Positions 1-9,248 are shown, counted from the first letter of the stretch. The stretch is 64,000 nucleotides of DNA from an uncultured Clostridia bacterium (GCA_948485625.1 CAOMRW010000007.1:10117-74116), one strand, 5' to 3'. The notes: generated by a model not told the origin, from the letters alone. Numbers and translations are program-made.

Positions 1-1
1 T

Positions 2-70
2 AGACAGTATTTATCAAGATATTTTGAAGTAGAAATTGAGCTTGTTGGAAAACAATATACCAAGATATAA
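2..70 (+). CDS. 3' end of an unidentified upstream gene (partial)
   Basis: Frame open from the window edge to TAA at 68-70 (...YFEVEIELVGKQYTKI*). A hairpin follows at 121-156. Too short to identify. Confidence 0.25.
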   Translation, partial: RQYLSRYFEVEIELVGKQYTKI

Positions 71-120
71 TTTGTGAAATATGAGTGATTTAAAATTAAA
101 TTACTAAATATTGAATATAA

Positions 121-156
121 AAAATGAATATCAATATAAAAAGATATTCATTTTTT
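121..156 (+). terminator. AT-rich hairpin with T-run, candidate terminator
   Basis: AAAATGAATATC - 10 nt loop - GATATTCATTTT followed by T residues. Only two G:C pairs, so a weak call. Confidence 0.35.
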
Positions 157-332
157 ATATAAAATATTGATAAAAAGATGTTTCAAGTATATAATAATAA
201 CGAAAGTGAGTATTTGTTTGAAAGTAAAAGAAAAGAGTTTGTAAGAAGCTACTAAACAGGAATTAGGGAATAAATAAAATTAATAAATTCTTTTTTGAAA
301 TTATCATACTGGTATTAAAAACTGAAAAATAC

Positions 333-361
333 TAGACAAAACAAAGAAAAAGATATATAAT
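333..361 (+). promoter_or_regulatory. candidate sigma-A promoter for the T-box leader
   Basis: TAGACA (333-338), 17-nt spacer, TATAAT (356-361), about 45 nt upstream of the leader. Confidence 0.4.
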
Positions 362-404
362 TATAGCATAATAAATAAAAACAAAGAAAAAGAGGAGTAC
401 ATTT

Positions 405-633
405 AAACACTGATTTAAAGAGAATAGAAGCCAAAGGCTGTAAGCTTCTAAAATAAAGATAAATGGAAGTAACTTTTGAGTTGATAATCTGAAAATAAAC
501 TTAAGATTATTCGTAAAGCTGCGTTAAAGCTAAATAAGATGTTATCTAATATTAAAAATGAAATAGATAATAATTAAGGTGGTACCGTGAGAATAAAGCT
601 CGCCCTTATAGAAATATAAGAGTGAGTTTTTTT
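405..633 (+). promoter_or_regulatory. T-box leader (tRNA-sensing riboswitch), valine specifier GUA
   Basis: Conserved T-box sequence AATTAAGGTGGTACCGTGAG at 572-591. Terminator helix CTCGCCCTTATA/TATAAGAGTGAG (599-626) plus a T-run to 633. AGAGA motif at 418-422. Specifier-loop context GAA-GTA-A at 466-472 just before the CTTT strand that pairs with AAAG (414-417). GUA is a Val codon and valS lies downstream. Confidence 0.8.
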
Positions 634-635
634 AA

Positions 636-704
636 TGTCCAAAAGGGACAGTCACCATTGGACAAAAATGTCCAAATGGAAACGTCCCTCTTGGACATGG
701 GACA
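636..704 (+). repeat. GGGACA/TGTCC hairpin repeat cluster (family A, diverged copy)
   Basis: TGTCCaaaagGGACA, TGGACAaaaaTGTCCA and ATGTCCAA-atggaaACGTCCCtc-TTGGACAT. It aligns with the 49-bp element at 16641-16689 in the same orientation and ends 5 nt before the RBS of the next gene. Confidence 0.8.
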
Positions 705-717
705 GAATGGAGGAAAA

Positions 718-1551
718 ATGTTAACAATAAAAAGTAAAAAGCAAGGAGCTGAATTGACAAGTGTACAATATAATGGAAAAGAAATGTTGTTTCAGGGAGA
801 TGAAAAATTTTGGAATAGACAAGCTCCAATTTTATTTCCAATAGTTGGTAAACTTAAAGACAATAAGACTAAAATAGAAGAAGAATGGTATGAGATGTCT
901 CAACATGGTTTTGCAAGAGATATGAAATTTGAAGAATTTTTAAAAACAGAGACAAAACATGAATACATTTTAAAATATAATGAAGAGACTTTAAAAAAGT
1001 TTCCATACAAATTTGAGCTTAATGTAAAATATGAAATAATAGATAATAAATTATATGTAAGTTATGAAGTGAAAAATGTTGATAATAAAGATATATATTT
1101 TGGATTAGGTGGACATCCTGCTTTCATTTGTGAATATTCTAATGGAGAATATGAAATTGAGTTTGAAGAAAATGAAGATAAGATTGAATTTTTGAAGTTA
1201 AAAGATGGATTGATTGATACAGAAAAAGCAGAAAATATTTTAAATAATAATAAGATTTATTTAAAAGAGGATACTTTTGAAAAAGATGCTATTATAATGA
1301 AAAATATAAAATCAAGTAAAGTTATTTTTCAAAATAATAAGACTAATAAAAAGATATTAGAATTTGATTTTACAGGTTTTCCATATTTAGCAATATGGTC
1401 TAAAAAAGGAGCTCCATTTGTCTGTATTGAACCATGGCAAAATACAGCAGATAAGATTGATAGTAATAATAGTTTTAAAGATAAAGAAAATATAATAAAG
1501 TTAAAAGTTAATGATATATTTTCATGTAAATTTAGTATTAAATTTATATAG
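718..1551 (+). CDS. aldose 1-epimerase (galactose mutarotase-like, LacX-type) family protein
   Basis: The ORF-track start at 622 reads through the hairpin repeat. ATG at 718 is preceded by GGAGG. Family-like motifs: QAPILFPIVGKL, GLGGHPAF, CIEPW. Confidence 0.7.
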   Translation: MLTIKSKKQGAELTSVQYNGKEMLFQGDEKFWNRQAPILFPIVGKLKDNKTKIEEEWYEMSQHGFARDMKFEEFLKTETKHEYILKYNEETLKKFPYKFELNVKYEIIDNKLYVSYEVKNVDNKDIYFGLGGHPAFICEYSNGEYEIEFEENEDKIEFLKLKDGLIDTEKAENILNNNKIYLKEDTFEKDAIIMKNIKSSKVIFQNNKTNKKILEFDFTGFPYLAIWSKKGAPFVCIEPWQNTADKIDSNNSFKDKENIIKLKVNDIFSCKFSIKFI

Positions 1552-1570
1552 TTAAAAGGAGGAAAAATTT

Positions 1571-4252
1571 ATGAGTAATTGTAAAAAATTAAACGACAAA
1601 TATAATCCACAGGAATTTGAAGAAAATTTATATAAAGAATGGGAAGAAAAAGGATATTTTAAACCAAGTATGGATAAAACTAAAGAAAGTTATTGTATAA
1701 TGATGCCACCACCAAATGTAACAGGAAAATTACACATGGGACATGCATTAGATGATACAATACAAGATATTTTAATAAGATTTAAAAGAATGCAAAGATA
1801 TAATACATTATGGCTTCCAGGTTCAGATCATGCTGCAATTGCAACTGAGGTTAAAGTTGTTGAAAAAATGAAAAAAGAAGAGGGGCTTACTAAGGCAGAT
1901 ATAACAAGAGAACAATTTTTAGAAAGAGCATGGGCTTGGACAAAAGAATATGGTGGAACAATTCAGAAACAACAGAAAAGACTTGGATGTTCTTGTGATT
2001 GGGAAAGAAATAGATTTACAATGGATGAGGGATTGTCGGAGGCAGTTTTAGAACAGTTTGTTAATCTATATAATAAAGGATTGATTTATAAAGGTAAGAA
2101 AATGATAAATTGGTGTCCATCATGCCATACAACTATATCAGATGCAGAAGTTGAATATGAAGATGAAGCATCACATTTATGGCATATTAGATATCAAATT
2201 TTAGGAGAAGATAATAGATATATTATAGTTGCAACAACAAGACCTGAAACAATGTTAGGAGATACAGCAGTAGCAGTACATCCTGATGATGAAAGATATA
2301 AAGATTTAATAGGTAAAAAATGTATATTACCAATAATGAATAAAGAAATTCCAATTATAGCAGATGAATTTGTTGAAAAAGAATTTGGAACAGGTTGTGT
2401 TAAAATTACACCTGCACATGATCCAAATGATTATCAAGCTGGATTACGTCATAATTTAGAAATTATTGAAGTTTTTGATGATAGTTCTATAATGGGTGAT
2501 TTGGTTCCTGAATATGAAGGAATGAAAGCTATTGATGCAAGAAAATTAATTGTAGAAAAATTACAAGAATTAGGAAATTTAGTAAAAATTGAAGATTATA
2601 CACATAATGTTGGAAAATGTTATAGATGCCATAATACAATAGAACCAAGAGTTTCTGAACAATGGTTTATAAGTATGAAAGATTTAGCAAAAAGAGCGGC
2701 AGATGAAGTAAGAAATGGAGAAGTTAAATTTGTTCCAAAAAGATATGAGAAAATGTATTTTAACTGGTTAGATAATATTCAAGATTGGTGTATATCAAGA
2801 CAATTATGGTGGGGACATAGAATACCAGTATATTATTGTGAAGAATGTGGACATATGAATGTAACAAAAATAGCACCAGTAAAATGTGAAAAATGTAATT
2901 CAAACAAACTTCATCAAGATGAAGATTCATTAGATACATGGTTTAGTTCGGCATTATGGCCATTCTCAACATTAGGCTGGCCAAATGAAGACACAGAAGA
3001 TTATAAAGTGTTTTATCCAACAAATGTATTAGTTACAGGATATGATATTATAACATTTTGGATATCAAGAATGATGACACAAGGATTAGAACTTACAAAT
3101 CAAAATCCATTCAAAGATGTTGTAGTACATGGTATAGTACGTGATAGCCAAGGAAGAAAAATGTCAAAATCATTAGGAAATGGAATAGATCCAATTGAGA
3201 TAATTGATAAATATGGAGCAGATGCATTAAGATTTTCAGTATTATCTGGAACAACAATGGGAAATGATATAAGATATATGCCAGAAAAATTAGAACAAGC
3301 ATCAAACTTTGCAAATAAAATATGGAATGCTGCAAAATTTGTAATTATTAATTCAGCAGATGAAGAAAAAGTAAGAGAATTTTGCTATGAAGCTTTTGAA
3401 AAAACTAAATCATATAATCCAGAATGTTTTAGATTAGAAGATAAATGGATTTTAAATAAGTTTGATAAATTAGTAGTAGATGTTACTAAAAATATAGATA
3501 ATTATGATTTAGGAATTGCACTTGATAATATTTATAATTTTATATGGAATGAATTTTGTGATTGGTATATAGAAATGGTTAAAACTAGAATATATAGTGA
3601 TGACGAAAATGTAAGAGTTCCTGTGACAGATGTACTTAATCATATTTTAGCATCTTCACTAAAATTATTACATCCATTTATGCCATTCCTTACAGCAGAA
3701 ATTTATAGAAATCTTATAGTATTTGGAACAGAAGATTTAATTGTTGCAAAATGGCCAGATATAAGAAAAGAGTTTGTATTTGATAAAGAGGAAGAGACAG
3801 TTGAGAAAATAAAAGACATAATAGTTGAAATTAGAAATGTTAGAGCAAATATGAATATACATCCATCTAAAAAATCTGAATTAATATTTGTTACAGAAAA
3901 ATATGAAAAAGAAATTTTAGAAGCTAAAGATTTTATTTTGAAATTAGGTTTTGGAACAGATATAAAAGTTCAAAAAGATAAAATAGGAATTGCTGAAAAT
4001 AGTATATCTATTTTAAAAGATGGAATTGAACTTTATATGCCTATTGAAGATTTAGTTGATATGGAAGAAGAAAGAAAGAGATTACAAGAAGAAAAAATAA
4101 AATTAGAAGCGGAAGTTGCGAGATGTGAAAAAATGCTTTCTAATCCTGGCTTTGTAAATAAAGCTCCTGAAAAGAAAATACAAGAAGAAAAGGATAAGTT
4201 AGAAAAATATAGAGATATGCTTACAAAAGTTATGGAAAGACTTGAAAAATAG
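1571..4252 (+). CDS. valS: valine--tRNA ligase
   Basis: 893 aa. Class I signatures HMGH (GKLHMGHAL) and KMSKS (RKMSKSLGN), editing domain and C-terminal coiled coil. RBS AAAGGAGG. A Val T-box lies upstream in the same transcription unit. Confidence 0.97.
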   Translation: MSNCKKLNDKYNPQEFEENLYKEWEEKGYFKPSMDKTKESYCIMMPPPNVTGKLHMGHALDDTIQDILIRFKRMQRYNTLWLPGSDHAAIATEVKVVEKMKKEEGLTKADITREQFLERAWAWTKEYGGTIQKQQKRLGCSCDWERNRFTMDEGLSEAVLEQFVNLYNKGLIYKGKKMINWCPSCHTTISDAEVEYEDEASHLWHIRYQILGEDNRYIIVATTRPETMLGDTAVAVHPDDERYKDLIGKKCILPIMNKEIPIIADEFVEKEFGTGCVKITPAHDPNDYQAGLRHNLEIIEVFDDSSIMGDLVPEYEGMKAIDARKLIVEKLQELGNLVKIEDYTHNVGKCYRCHNTIEPRVSEQWFISMKDLAKRAADEVRNGEVKFVPKRYEKMYFNWLDNIQDWCISRQLWWGHRIPVYYCEECGHMNVTKIAPVKCEKCNSNKLHQDEDSLDTWFSSALWPFSTLGWPNEDTEDYKVFYPTNVLVTGYDIITFWISRMMTQGLELTNQNPFKDVVVHGIVRDSQGRKMSKSLGNGIDPIEIIDKYGADALRFSVLSGTTMGNDIRYMPEKLEQASNFANKIWNAAKFVIINSADEEKVREFCYEAFEKTKSYNPECFRLEDKWILNKFDKLVVDVTKNIDNYDLGIALDNIYNFIWNEFCDWYIEMVKTRIYSDDENVRVPVTDVLNHILASSLKLLHPFMPFLTAEIYRNLIVFGTEDLIVAKWPDIRKEFVFDKEEETVEKIKDIIVEIRNVRANMNIHPSKKSELIFVTEKYEKEILEAKDFILKLGFGTDIKVQKDKIGIAENSISILKDGIELYMPIEDLVDMEEERKRLQEEKIKLEAEVARCEKMLSNPGFVNKAPEKKIQEEKDKLEKYRDMLTKVMERLEK

Positions 4253-4340
4253 ATTGGAATTATAATTGCTAAAGGAATTGATAAGTTAAAATACTATTTA
4301 AGAAAACGAAAATATTGGAAGTGAAGTTTTACCTGAAAAA

Positions 4341-4389
4341 GAAAAGAACTTAATTCAAAAAATTGAATTAAGTTCTTTTCTTTTTTTTT
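4341..4389 (+). terminator. rho-independent terminator of valS
   Basis: GAAAAGAACTTAATTCAA-aaaa-TTGAATTAAGTTCTTTTC (18-bp stem) followed by a 9-T run. Confidence 0.85.
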
Positions 4390-4427
4390 ATGTTATGCTA
4401 AAATTAGAAAAAACATAGGAGGAAAAT

Positions 4428-6143
4428 ATGGAAAATATTGATAAAATATATGATTTATTAAATAGCATAACAGTTACAAAAAATAATGAAGCATATATAA
4501 ATGAAATAAAAGATTTATTAGCAACAGGAAATTATCTTGAAGCATTATCAAAGATGAGAGACTTAAAAGATAAAGAGGATAAAATAAAGGAAGAAGATAT
4601 TATAGAAATAGATGAAGAAGAGGAAGATGCAGATGGAAAGTATCCAAAGCAACTTAGTAATATAGAACTAGAAAGAATATTTATAGGACTATTATTAGAA
4701 AATCCAAAGTTAATAGCAAAGTATTATTTTATATTTGAAATTTGTATGTTTGAAGATGATGAGATGCTTAATATATATAAAAGTGTTTTGTATAATGAGG
4801 GTTCAAAATATTCATCAGAACAAGCAAAAAATAGATTTAATTTTTCAAAAGATACAGAAGAAGTATATGAATTAAAAAATCAATTAATTAAAGAAGTAAA
4901 AGACGAAGATTATAATGTTGAAAAAATATATACAGAATTAAGAAAATTGTTTATACTTAGAAAAGCTTATATAGAGACACCTGAAAAAAATGTACAAGAT
5001 AAAATATTAGAAATAACACAATATCAATTATATGATGAAATGTCATCTGAAGAAGTTGAAGAGACAATAGAACAAGTAAAAATAACGCAGAAATTTAAAC
5101 AATCCATATTAAGTGATGATTTAGTAGAATTTTTATCAAGTGGAGAAAATGAATTAGCAAATGGATTAGAATATCCATTTCCAATAATAACACAAGTATT
5201 TAAAGGAATAAGAAAAGGAGAAACAATGGCATTTGCGATGCCATCAAACTCAGGAAAAAGTAGACTTACAACAAATATGGCAGCATATACAGCCTTAGTA
5301 CACAAAAAGAAAGTATTAGTTATATCAAATGAAATGTCAGAAGAAAAAATGAAACTTTGTTTAATAACTACTATACTTAATCATCCAGAAATACAAAAAA
5401 TACATGGACAAAATTTAAAAATAACAGAAGGTGAATTATTAGAATTCAAATTTAGACCAGATAATAAAAAAGATGCAAAATTAGATGAAGATGGATACAT
5501 TTTAAAAGAAGATGGAGAAACACAAAAACAATTTGTAAAAAGGTTATCAACTATATCATCAGATTTTAATAATGTTATAAAAGCAATAGACTGGGCAAGT
5601 AAACAAATAAAAAATTCAATATATTTTATAAACATTACAGACCATACAAATGACGAATTGAAAAAAGTAATAATAAACTATTATTATAAAGAACATATTG
5701 AATACATTTTTTATGATACATTAAAAACAGACACAAACAATATAGGAAAACCAGAAGAAATAAAAAGAACAGCAACAATATTATCTAATTTAGCACAAAA
5801 TTTTAATATTTTTATATGTTCATCTCTACAACTTGCAGAAAACACAACATCACCAATAAACTTAGATGTAAATGATTTAGCAGTTAGTAGAACAGTAAAA
5901 GAAGTTTTAGATACATTATGCTTATTTAAACAAATAAATAGAGACAGTTTAGATGAATATGAATATTCACTAAATGAAGTTGACACCAAGTTTTTTGATT
6001 TAGAGAAATCAGAAAATCCTGATGTAAGATATTATGCCTGTGTCATTGATAAAAATAGAGCAGGAGCAAAACCAAAATTAGTATTTAGATTAAATTTGGC
6101 TTACAATAGTTGGGAAGAGTTAGGATATTTAAGATTAAAATAA
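4428..6143 (+). CDS. divergent DnaB-family (replicative helicase-like) protein with acidic N-terminal extension
   Basis: DnaB N-domain-like IELERIFIGLLLENPKL. RecA-type C-domain with Walker A AMPSNSGKS, H1a-like VLVISNEMSEEKM, Walker B-like YIFYDTL, SLQLAE, and DKNRAGAKP matching the DnaB KxRNG motif. Own RBS AGGAGG. Confidence 0.6.
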   Translation: MENIDKIYDLLNSITVTKNNEAYINEIKDLLATGNYLEALSKMRDLKDKEDKIKEEDIIEIDEEEEDADGKYPKQLSNIELERIFIGLLLENPKLIAKYYFIFEICMFEDDEMLNIYKSVLYNEGSKYSSEQAKNRFNFSKDTEEVYELKNQLIKEVKDEDYNVEKIYTELRKLFILRKAYIETPEKNVQDKILEITQYQLYDEMSSEEVEETIEQVKITQKFKQSILSDDLVEFLSSGENELANGLEYPFPIITQVFKGIRKGETMAFAMPSNSGKSRLTTNMAAYTALVHKKKVLVISNEMSEEKMKLCLITTILNHPEIQKIHGQNLKITEGELLEFKFRPDNKKDAKLDEDGYILKEDGETQKQFVKRLSTISSDFNNVIKAIDWASKQIKNSIYFINITDHTNDELKKVIINYYYKEHIEYIFYDTLKTDTNNIGKPEEIKRTATILSNLAQNFNIFICSSLQLAENTTSPINLDVNDLAVSRTVKEVLDTLCLFKQINRDSLDEYEYSLNEVDTKFFDLEKSENPDVRYYACVIDKNRAGAKPKLVFRLNLAYNSWEELGYLRLK

Positions 6144-6146
6144 TTA

Positions 6147-6178
6147 GGATTTGGGGACGGGTTAAAAATCCCCATTTT
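6147..6178. repeat. left inverted repeat of the RAYT unit (REP-like)
   Basis: Exact reverse complement of 7005-7036. Contains the internal hairpin GGGGA-cgggttaaaaa-TCCCC. Confidence 0.9.
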
Positions 6179-6234
6179 CTTCTCTTTTATAATATATTTT
6201 ATTGTACATATATTATGAGAGGAGGTTGAGGGAT

Positions 6235-6990
6235 ATGTCAAGGACGTCAAGAAACAGTATTACTTCAAATTTTTTATATATTATAGTTCAAGGAATAGAA
6301 AAAAGTCATATTTTCAATAAAGAACAATACAAAAGAAAATATATTAATTTGATTCAAGAAAATTCAGAAAAGTTTGATATTTCAATTATTTCATTTTGTG
6401 TAATGAATAATCATGTACATTTATGTTTGTATTATAATAATATAAAAGATGTTTCAAGTTTTATGCATAGAATAAATACTTTATATGCAAATTATTATAA
6501 TTTCTTAGAAAATAGAGTTGGCTATGTTTTTAGAAATCGTTATTATTCAAAAGAGATAAAAGATAGAAATCAATTATTTAATACAATGGTTTATATTCAT
6601 AAAAATCCTATAGAGGCAAATTTAGTTAAGTTTATTAATGAGTGGAGTTTTTCAACATATAATGATTATATTAATCATAAAATTGAAGACAAAATAATTA
6701 TGATTGTTTTTCAAAAACAAGAATATATTGATATTTTTAATAAAATTCATAGTAGAAAACATTTTACTGAAGTGTTTGATGTGGAAGAAAGAAAAAGTGC
6801 TAAAGAAATAATAAAAGAGTATTTGCTTGATATAAATATGTCTTTGGAACTTGTATGTAAAGAAAAAAATTTATTATTAGAGTTGATTAAGAAAATGAAA
6901 TATGAGGGGAGAATTTTAAATAAAGTTATATCTAAAGAATTAAAGATAAATAAGAATACAGTTACTAGAATGCTAAGAAAAATACAATAA
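6235..6990 (+). CDS. REP-associated tyrosine transposase (IS200/IS605-like Y1 HUH transposase) with C-terminal HTH
   Basis: HUH motif in MNNHVHLCLYY. Tyr motif region RNRYYSKE...VYIHKNPIEANLV. C-terminal HTH-like ISKELKINKNTVTRMLRKI. ATG at 6235 follows GAGGAGG; the track start at 6202 lacks an RBS. Confidence 0.75.
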   Translation: MSRTSRNSITSNFLYIIVQGIEKSHIFNKEQYKRKYINLIQENSEKFDISIISFCVMNNHVHLCLYYNNIKDVSSFMHRINTLYANYYNFLENRVGYVFRNRYYSKEIKDRNQLFNTMVYIHKNPIEANLVKFINEWSFSTYNDYINHKIEDKIIMIVFQKQEYIDIFNKIHSRKHFTEVFDVEERKSAKEIIKEYLLDINMSLELVCKEKNLLLELIKKMKYEGRILNKVISKELKINKNTVTRMLRKIQ

Positions 6991-7004
6991 AAATAAAAAT
7001 AAAG

Positions 7005-7036
7005 AAAATGGGGATTTTTAACCCGTCCCCAAATCC
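7005..7036. repeat. right inverted repeat of the RAYT unit (REP-like)
   Basis: AAAATGGGGATTTTTAACCCGTCCCCAAATCC. Abuts and overlaps the stop codon of the convergent carboxypeptidase gene by 1 nt. Confidence 0.9.
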
Positions 7037-8283
7037 TAACTTCTTAATAAGTCAATCCAACTATAAATAATCTTTTTAGACATAGTAAATAAATTAATTT
7101 TATCAATATCAGAAGATGCAATTAAATTGACACTTGCGATTTTATTTCCATCTAAAGAAAATGTTACTTGACCAAGTTTATCTCCTTTATGTATAGGTGC
7201 TTCAATATTATTATTTATTTCTATTGATTGAGAAATTTGACTTTCTTTACCTTTTTCAATTAAAGCTCCTGCATGACTTTCTAAAATAGCATCGGTATAG
7301 TTTTTTACACCTTTATTTACAGTGACTGATTGTATAATATCATTTTTGTTTCCAAAACTTTTAAATGAAAATTTACTAAAACCATAGTCTAATAATTTTT
7401 GGGCTTCTGCAAATCTTACTTTAGTAGATGGTGCTTTCATGATTACTGCAATTAAAGATAGATCACCACGTGTAGCGCTTGCAGATAAATTGTATAAAGC
7501 AAGGGAGGTTGAACCAGTTTTTAAGCCAGTAATTCCTTTATATGTTTTTATTAGTTTATTTGTATTGACTAATTGAGATTTACCATCTCTTAAGCTATCC
7601 ATCCATATTGTTGTGTATTTTGTTATATCAGGATGATTTTGTAATAATTCACGAGACATTAATGATATATCATAGGCAGATGTTATATGCCCGTCTTCGT
7701 CAATGCCATGACAGTTTTTAAAACAAGTATCATTCATTCCTAATTCTTTTGCTTTATCATTCATCATTTGGACAAATGCTTCTTCTGAACCTGCGATGTG
7801 TTCTGCCATTGCTACTACACAATCATTAGCAGATACAACACATATTGCTTTTAACATTTCATCAACTGTTAAAGTTTCTCTTGGGTCTAACCATATTTGT
7901 GAACCTCCCATAGAACGTGCAGTTTCTGAACAACTAATTGCATCTGAGTATGATAATGTTCCATTATCAATTTGTTCCATGATTAATAATATACTCATTA
8001 TTTTTGTGACAGATGCAGGGCGTAGTTGTTCATGAATATTATGAGAATATAATATTTGACCTGTTGTTTGTTCAATTAAAATTGCAGAACCACTTTCAAG
8101 ATTTAATGAATTAGTATTTTCATTTTCTGAGTTTATTTTTACTGTATCTGATGAATTTACTGTTATTGCATCTGTTTCAGATGACCATATGTATGAACTT
8201 GATGAATCATATCCTAATGAATTTATTGATATACATATGATTAAGATTAATGAAATTATTATTATCCTTTTTATATTTTTCAT
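7036..8283 (-). CDS. serine-type D-Ala-D-Ala carboxypeptidase (peptidase S11, DacB/DacF-like)
   Basis: Signal anchor. SxxK (ASVTK), SxN (SAND) and KTG (LKTGST) motifs, plus a C-terminal beta-sandwich domain. Confidence 0.85.
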   Translation of the reverse strand: MKNIKRIIIISLILIICISINSLGYDSSSSYIWSSETDAITVNSSDTVKINSENENTNSLNLESGSAILIEQTTGQILYSHNIHEQLRPASVTKIMSILLIMEQIDNGTLSYSDAISCSETARSMGGSQIWLDPRETLTVDEMLKAICVVSANDCVVAMAEHIAGSEEAFVQMMNDKAKELGMNDTCFKNCHGIDEDGHITSAYDISLMSRELLQNHPDITKYTTIWMDSLRDGKSQLVNTNKLIKTYKGITGLKTGSTSLALYNLSASATRGDLSLIAVIMKAPSTKVRFAEAQKLLDYGFSKFSFKSFGNKNDIIQSVTVNKGVKNYTDAILESHAGALIEKGKESQISQSIEINNNIEAPIHKGDKLGQVTFSLDGNKIASVNLIASSDIDKINLFTMSKKIIYSWIDLLRS

Positions 8284-8514
8284 TTAGTACCTCCAATATT
8301 GTTGTATGAAATTTAAAGTTTTATAGTTTTCCATACAAAATTTTATATTTTAATATAAATATATGTTACTTATATAGTTTTAGAATTAGGTTTTGTAAAA
8401 TAAAAGCTATGTTTTATAAAATATGTATTAACTTTTTAGTTGTTTATGATATAATTTATGTTAAGCTAGGTAGTATAATGTAAATATGTTTTCAAAAGAA
8501 AGGATGACAGTGAT

Positions 8515-8805
8515 ATGTTACAGCTAAGATTATTAGGATTGAAAACGGAAATGCCAGGAATAAGAGTATTAGAAAAAATGATTATTGGAGAGTTGACTAC
8601 TTCAGATCTAGATAAGAATCAGATTAAGCAGGTTTTAGATGTTTGGGATACAAGACATTTTGTTCCAGAATATAAACTAGAAAGAGTTGATGTGGTGAAG
8701 CCAATAATTACAAAAGTGGAGATACAACAAGGATTGTATACTCAAGATGAGTATGACAAAAATTACGTAGAAATGATTGAAAGATATTTGAAAACTCTTT
8801 GGTAA
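8515..8805 (+). CDS. hypothetical protein (96 aa)
   Basis: ORF with RBS AAAGGATGA, followed by the hairpin AAGAGGAAGTGT-gatt-ACACTTCCTCTT (8813-8840). No recognisable motif. Confidence 0.4.
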   Translation: MLQLRLLGLKTEMPGIRVLEKMIIGELTTSDLDKNQIKQVLDVWDTRHFVPEYKLERVDVVKPIITKVEIQQGLYTQDEYDKNYVEMIERYLKTLW

Positions 8806-8899
8806 TTAAGATAAGAGGAAGTGTGATTACACTTCCTCTTGACATTTAAGTATAAAAATATTAATATATAAATACAATATAAAAAGGATGTAGATAAAA

Positions 8900-9094
8900 A
8901 TGTTTAATATAATAATGAGAATAGTATTACTTATAATAATTTTATCAGGAGTTGTTTTGATATATGATGCAAGAGTATTAACAAAGAAGTTTTTTAGCTT
9001 TGGTGACCAGAATGAGGGGACATCAGGTTTGAAAATTTTTGGATTTATTTTTGCTGTGATTGGTGGGGTATTATTATTTTTTATATCAAAGTAG
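8900..9094 (+). CDS. small two-TM membrane protein (64 aa)
   Basis: RBS AAAGGATG. Two hydrophobic helices (IVLLIIILSGVVLIY and IFGFIFAVIGGVLLFFI). Confidence 0.45.
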   Translation: MFNIIMRIVLLIIILSGVVLIYDARVLTKKFFSFGDQNEGTSGLKIFGFIFAVIGGVLLFFISK

Positions 9095-9164
9095 AAAAAA
9101 ATTATGAATTTGTATTGACAATAAAACTAAGAATGTGCTATTATAAATATTGTCAATAGGATAT

Positions 9165-9248
9165 GCAGATGTGGCGGAACTGGTAGACGCGCTGGTCTTA
9201 GGAACCAGTGTCAACGACGTGGGGGTTCGAGTCCCTTCATCTGCACCA
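9165..9248 (+). tRNA. tRNA-Leu (anticodon TAG), CCA encoded
   Basis: Acceptor GCAGATG/CATCTGC. Anticodon arm CTGGT-CTTAGGA-ACCAG. Long variable arm. T-loop GGTTCGAGTCC. Terminal ACCA. Confidence 0.93.

Larger units (their letters stand above)
6147..7036 (+). mobile_element. RAYT unit: Y1/HUH transposase gene bracketed by perfect 32-bp inverted repeats
   Basis: GGATTTGGGGACGGGTTAAAAATCCCCATTTT (6147-6178) is the exact reverse complement of 7005-7036. It encloses a single IS200-like transposase gene. Confidence 0.8.

Noticed and set aside
170-300. Possible small RNA between a TTGATA-17-TATAAT promoter (about 168-196) and a T-run near 290
   Set aside because: The putative terminator stem (GAATAAAT/ATAAATTC) pairs poorly. 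The region could simply be an upstream part of the T-box transcript.
622-717. 5' extension of the epimerase-like ORF (MSFFNVQKGQSPLDKNVQMETSLLDMGQNGGK)
   Set aside because: This stretch is the translated GGGACA/TGTCC hairpin repeat and starts inside the T-box terminator. The ATG at 718 has a GGAGG RBS. The same artefact extends the track ORFs at 16660-16704 and 27555-27578.
8284-8340. Sporulation-sigma promoter for the DacB/DacF-like gene
   Set aside because: A CATACA-like -10 is present on the minus strand about 20 nt upstream of the ATG, but I could not find a properly spaced -35 for sigma-E, F or G. Too weak to report as a feature.
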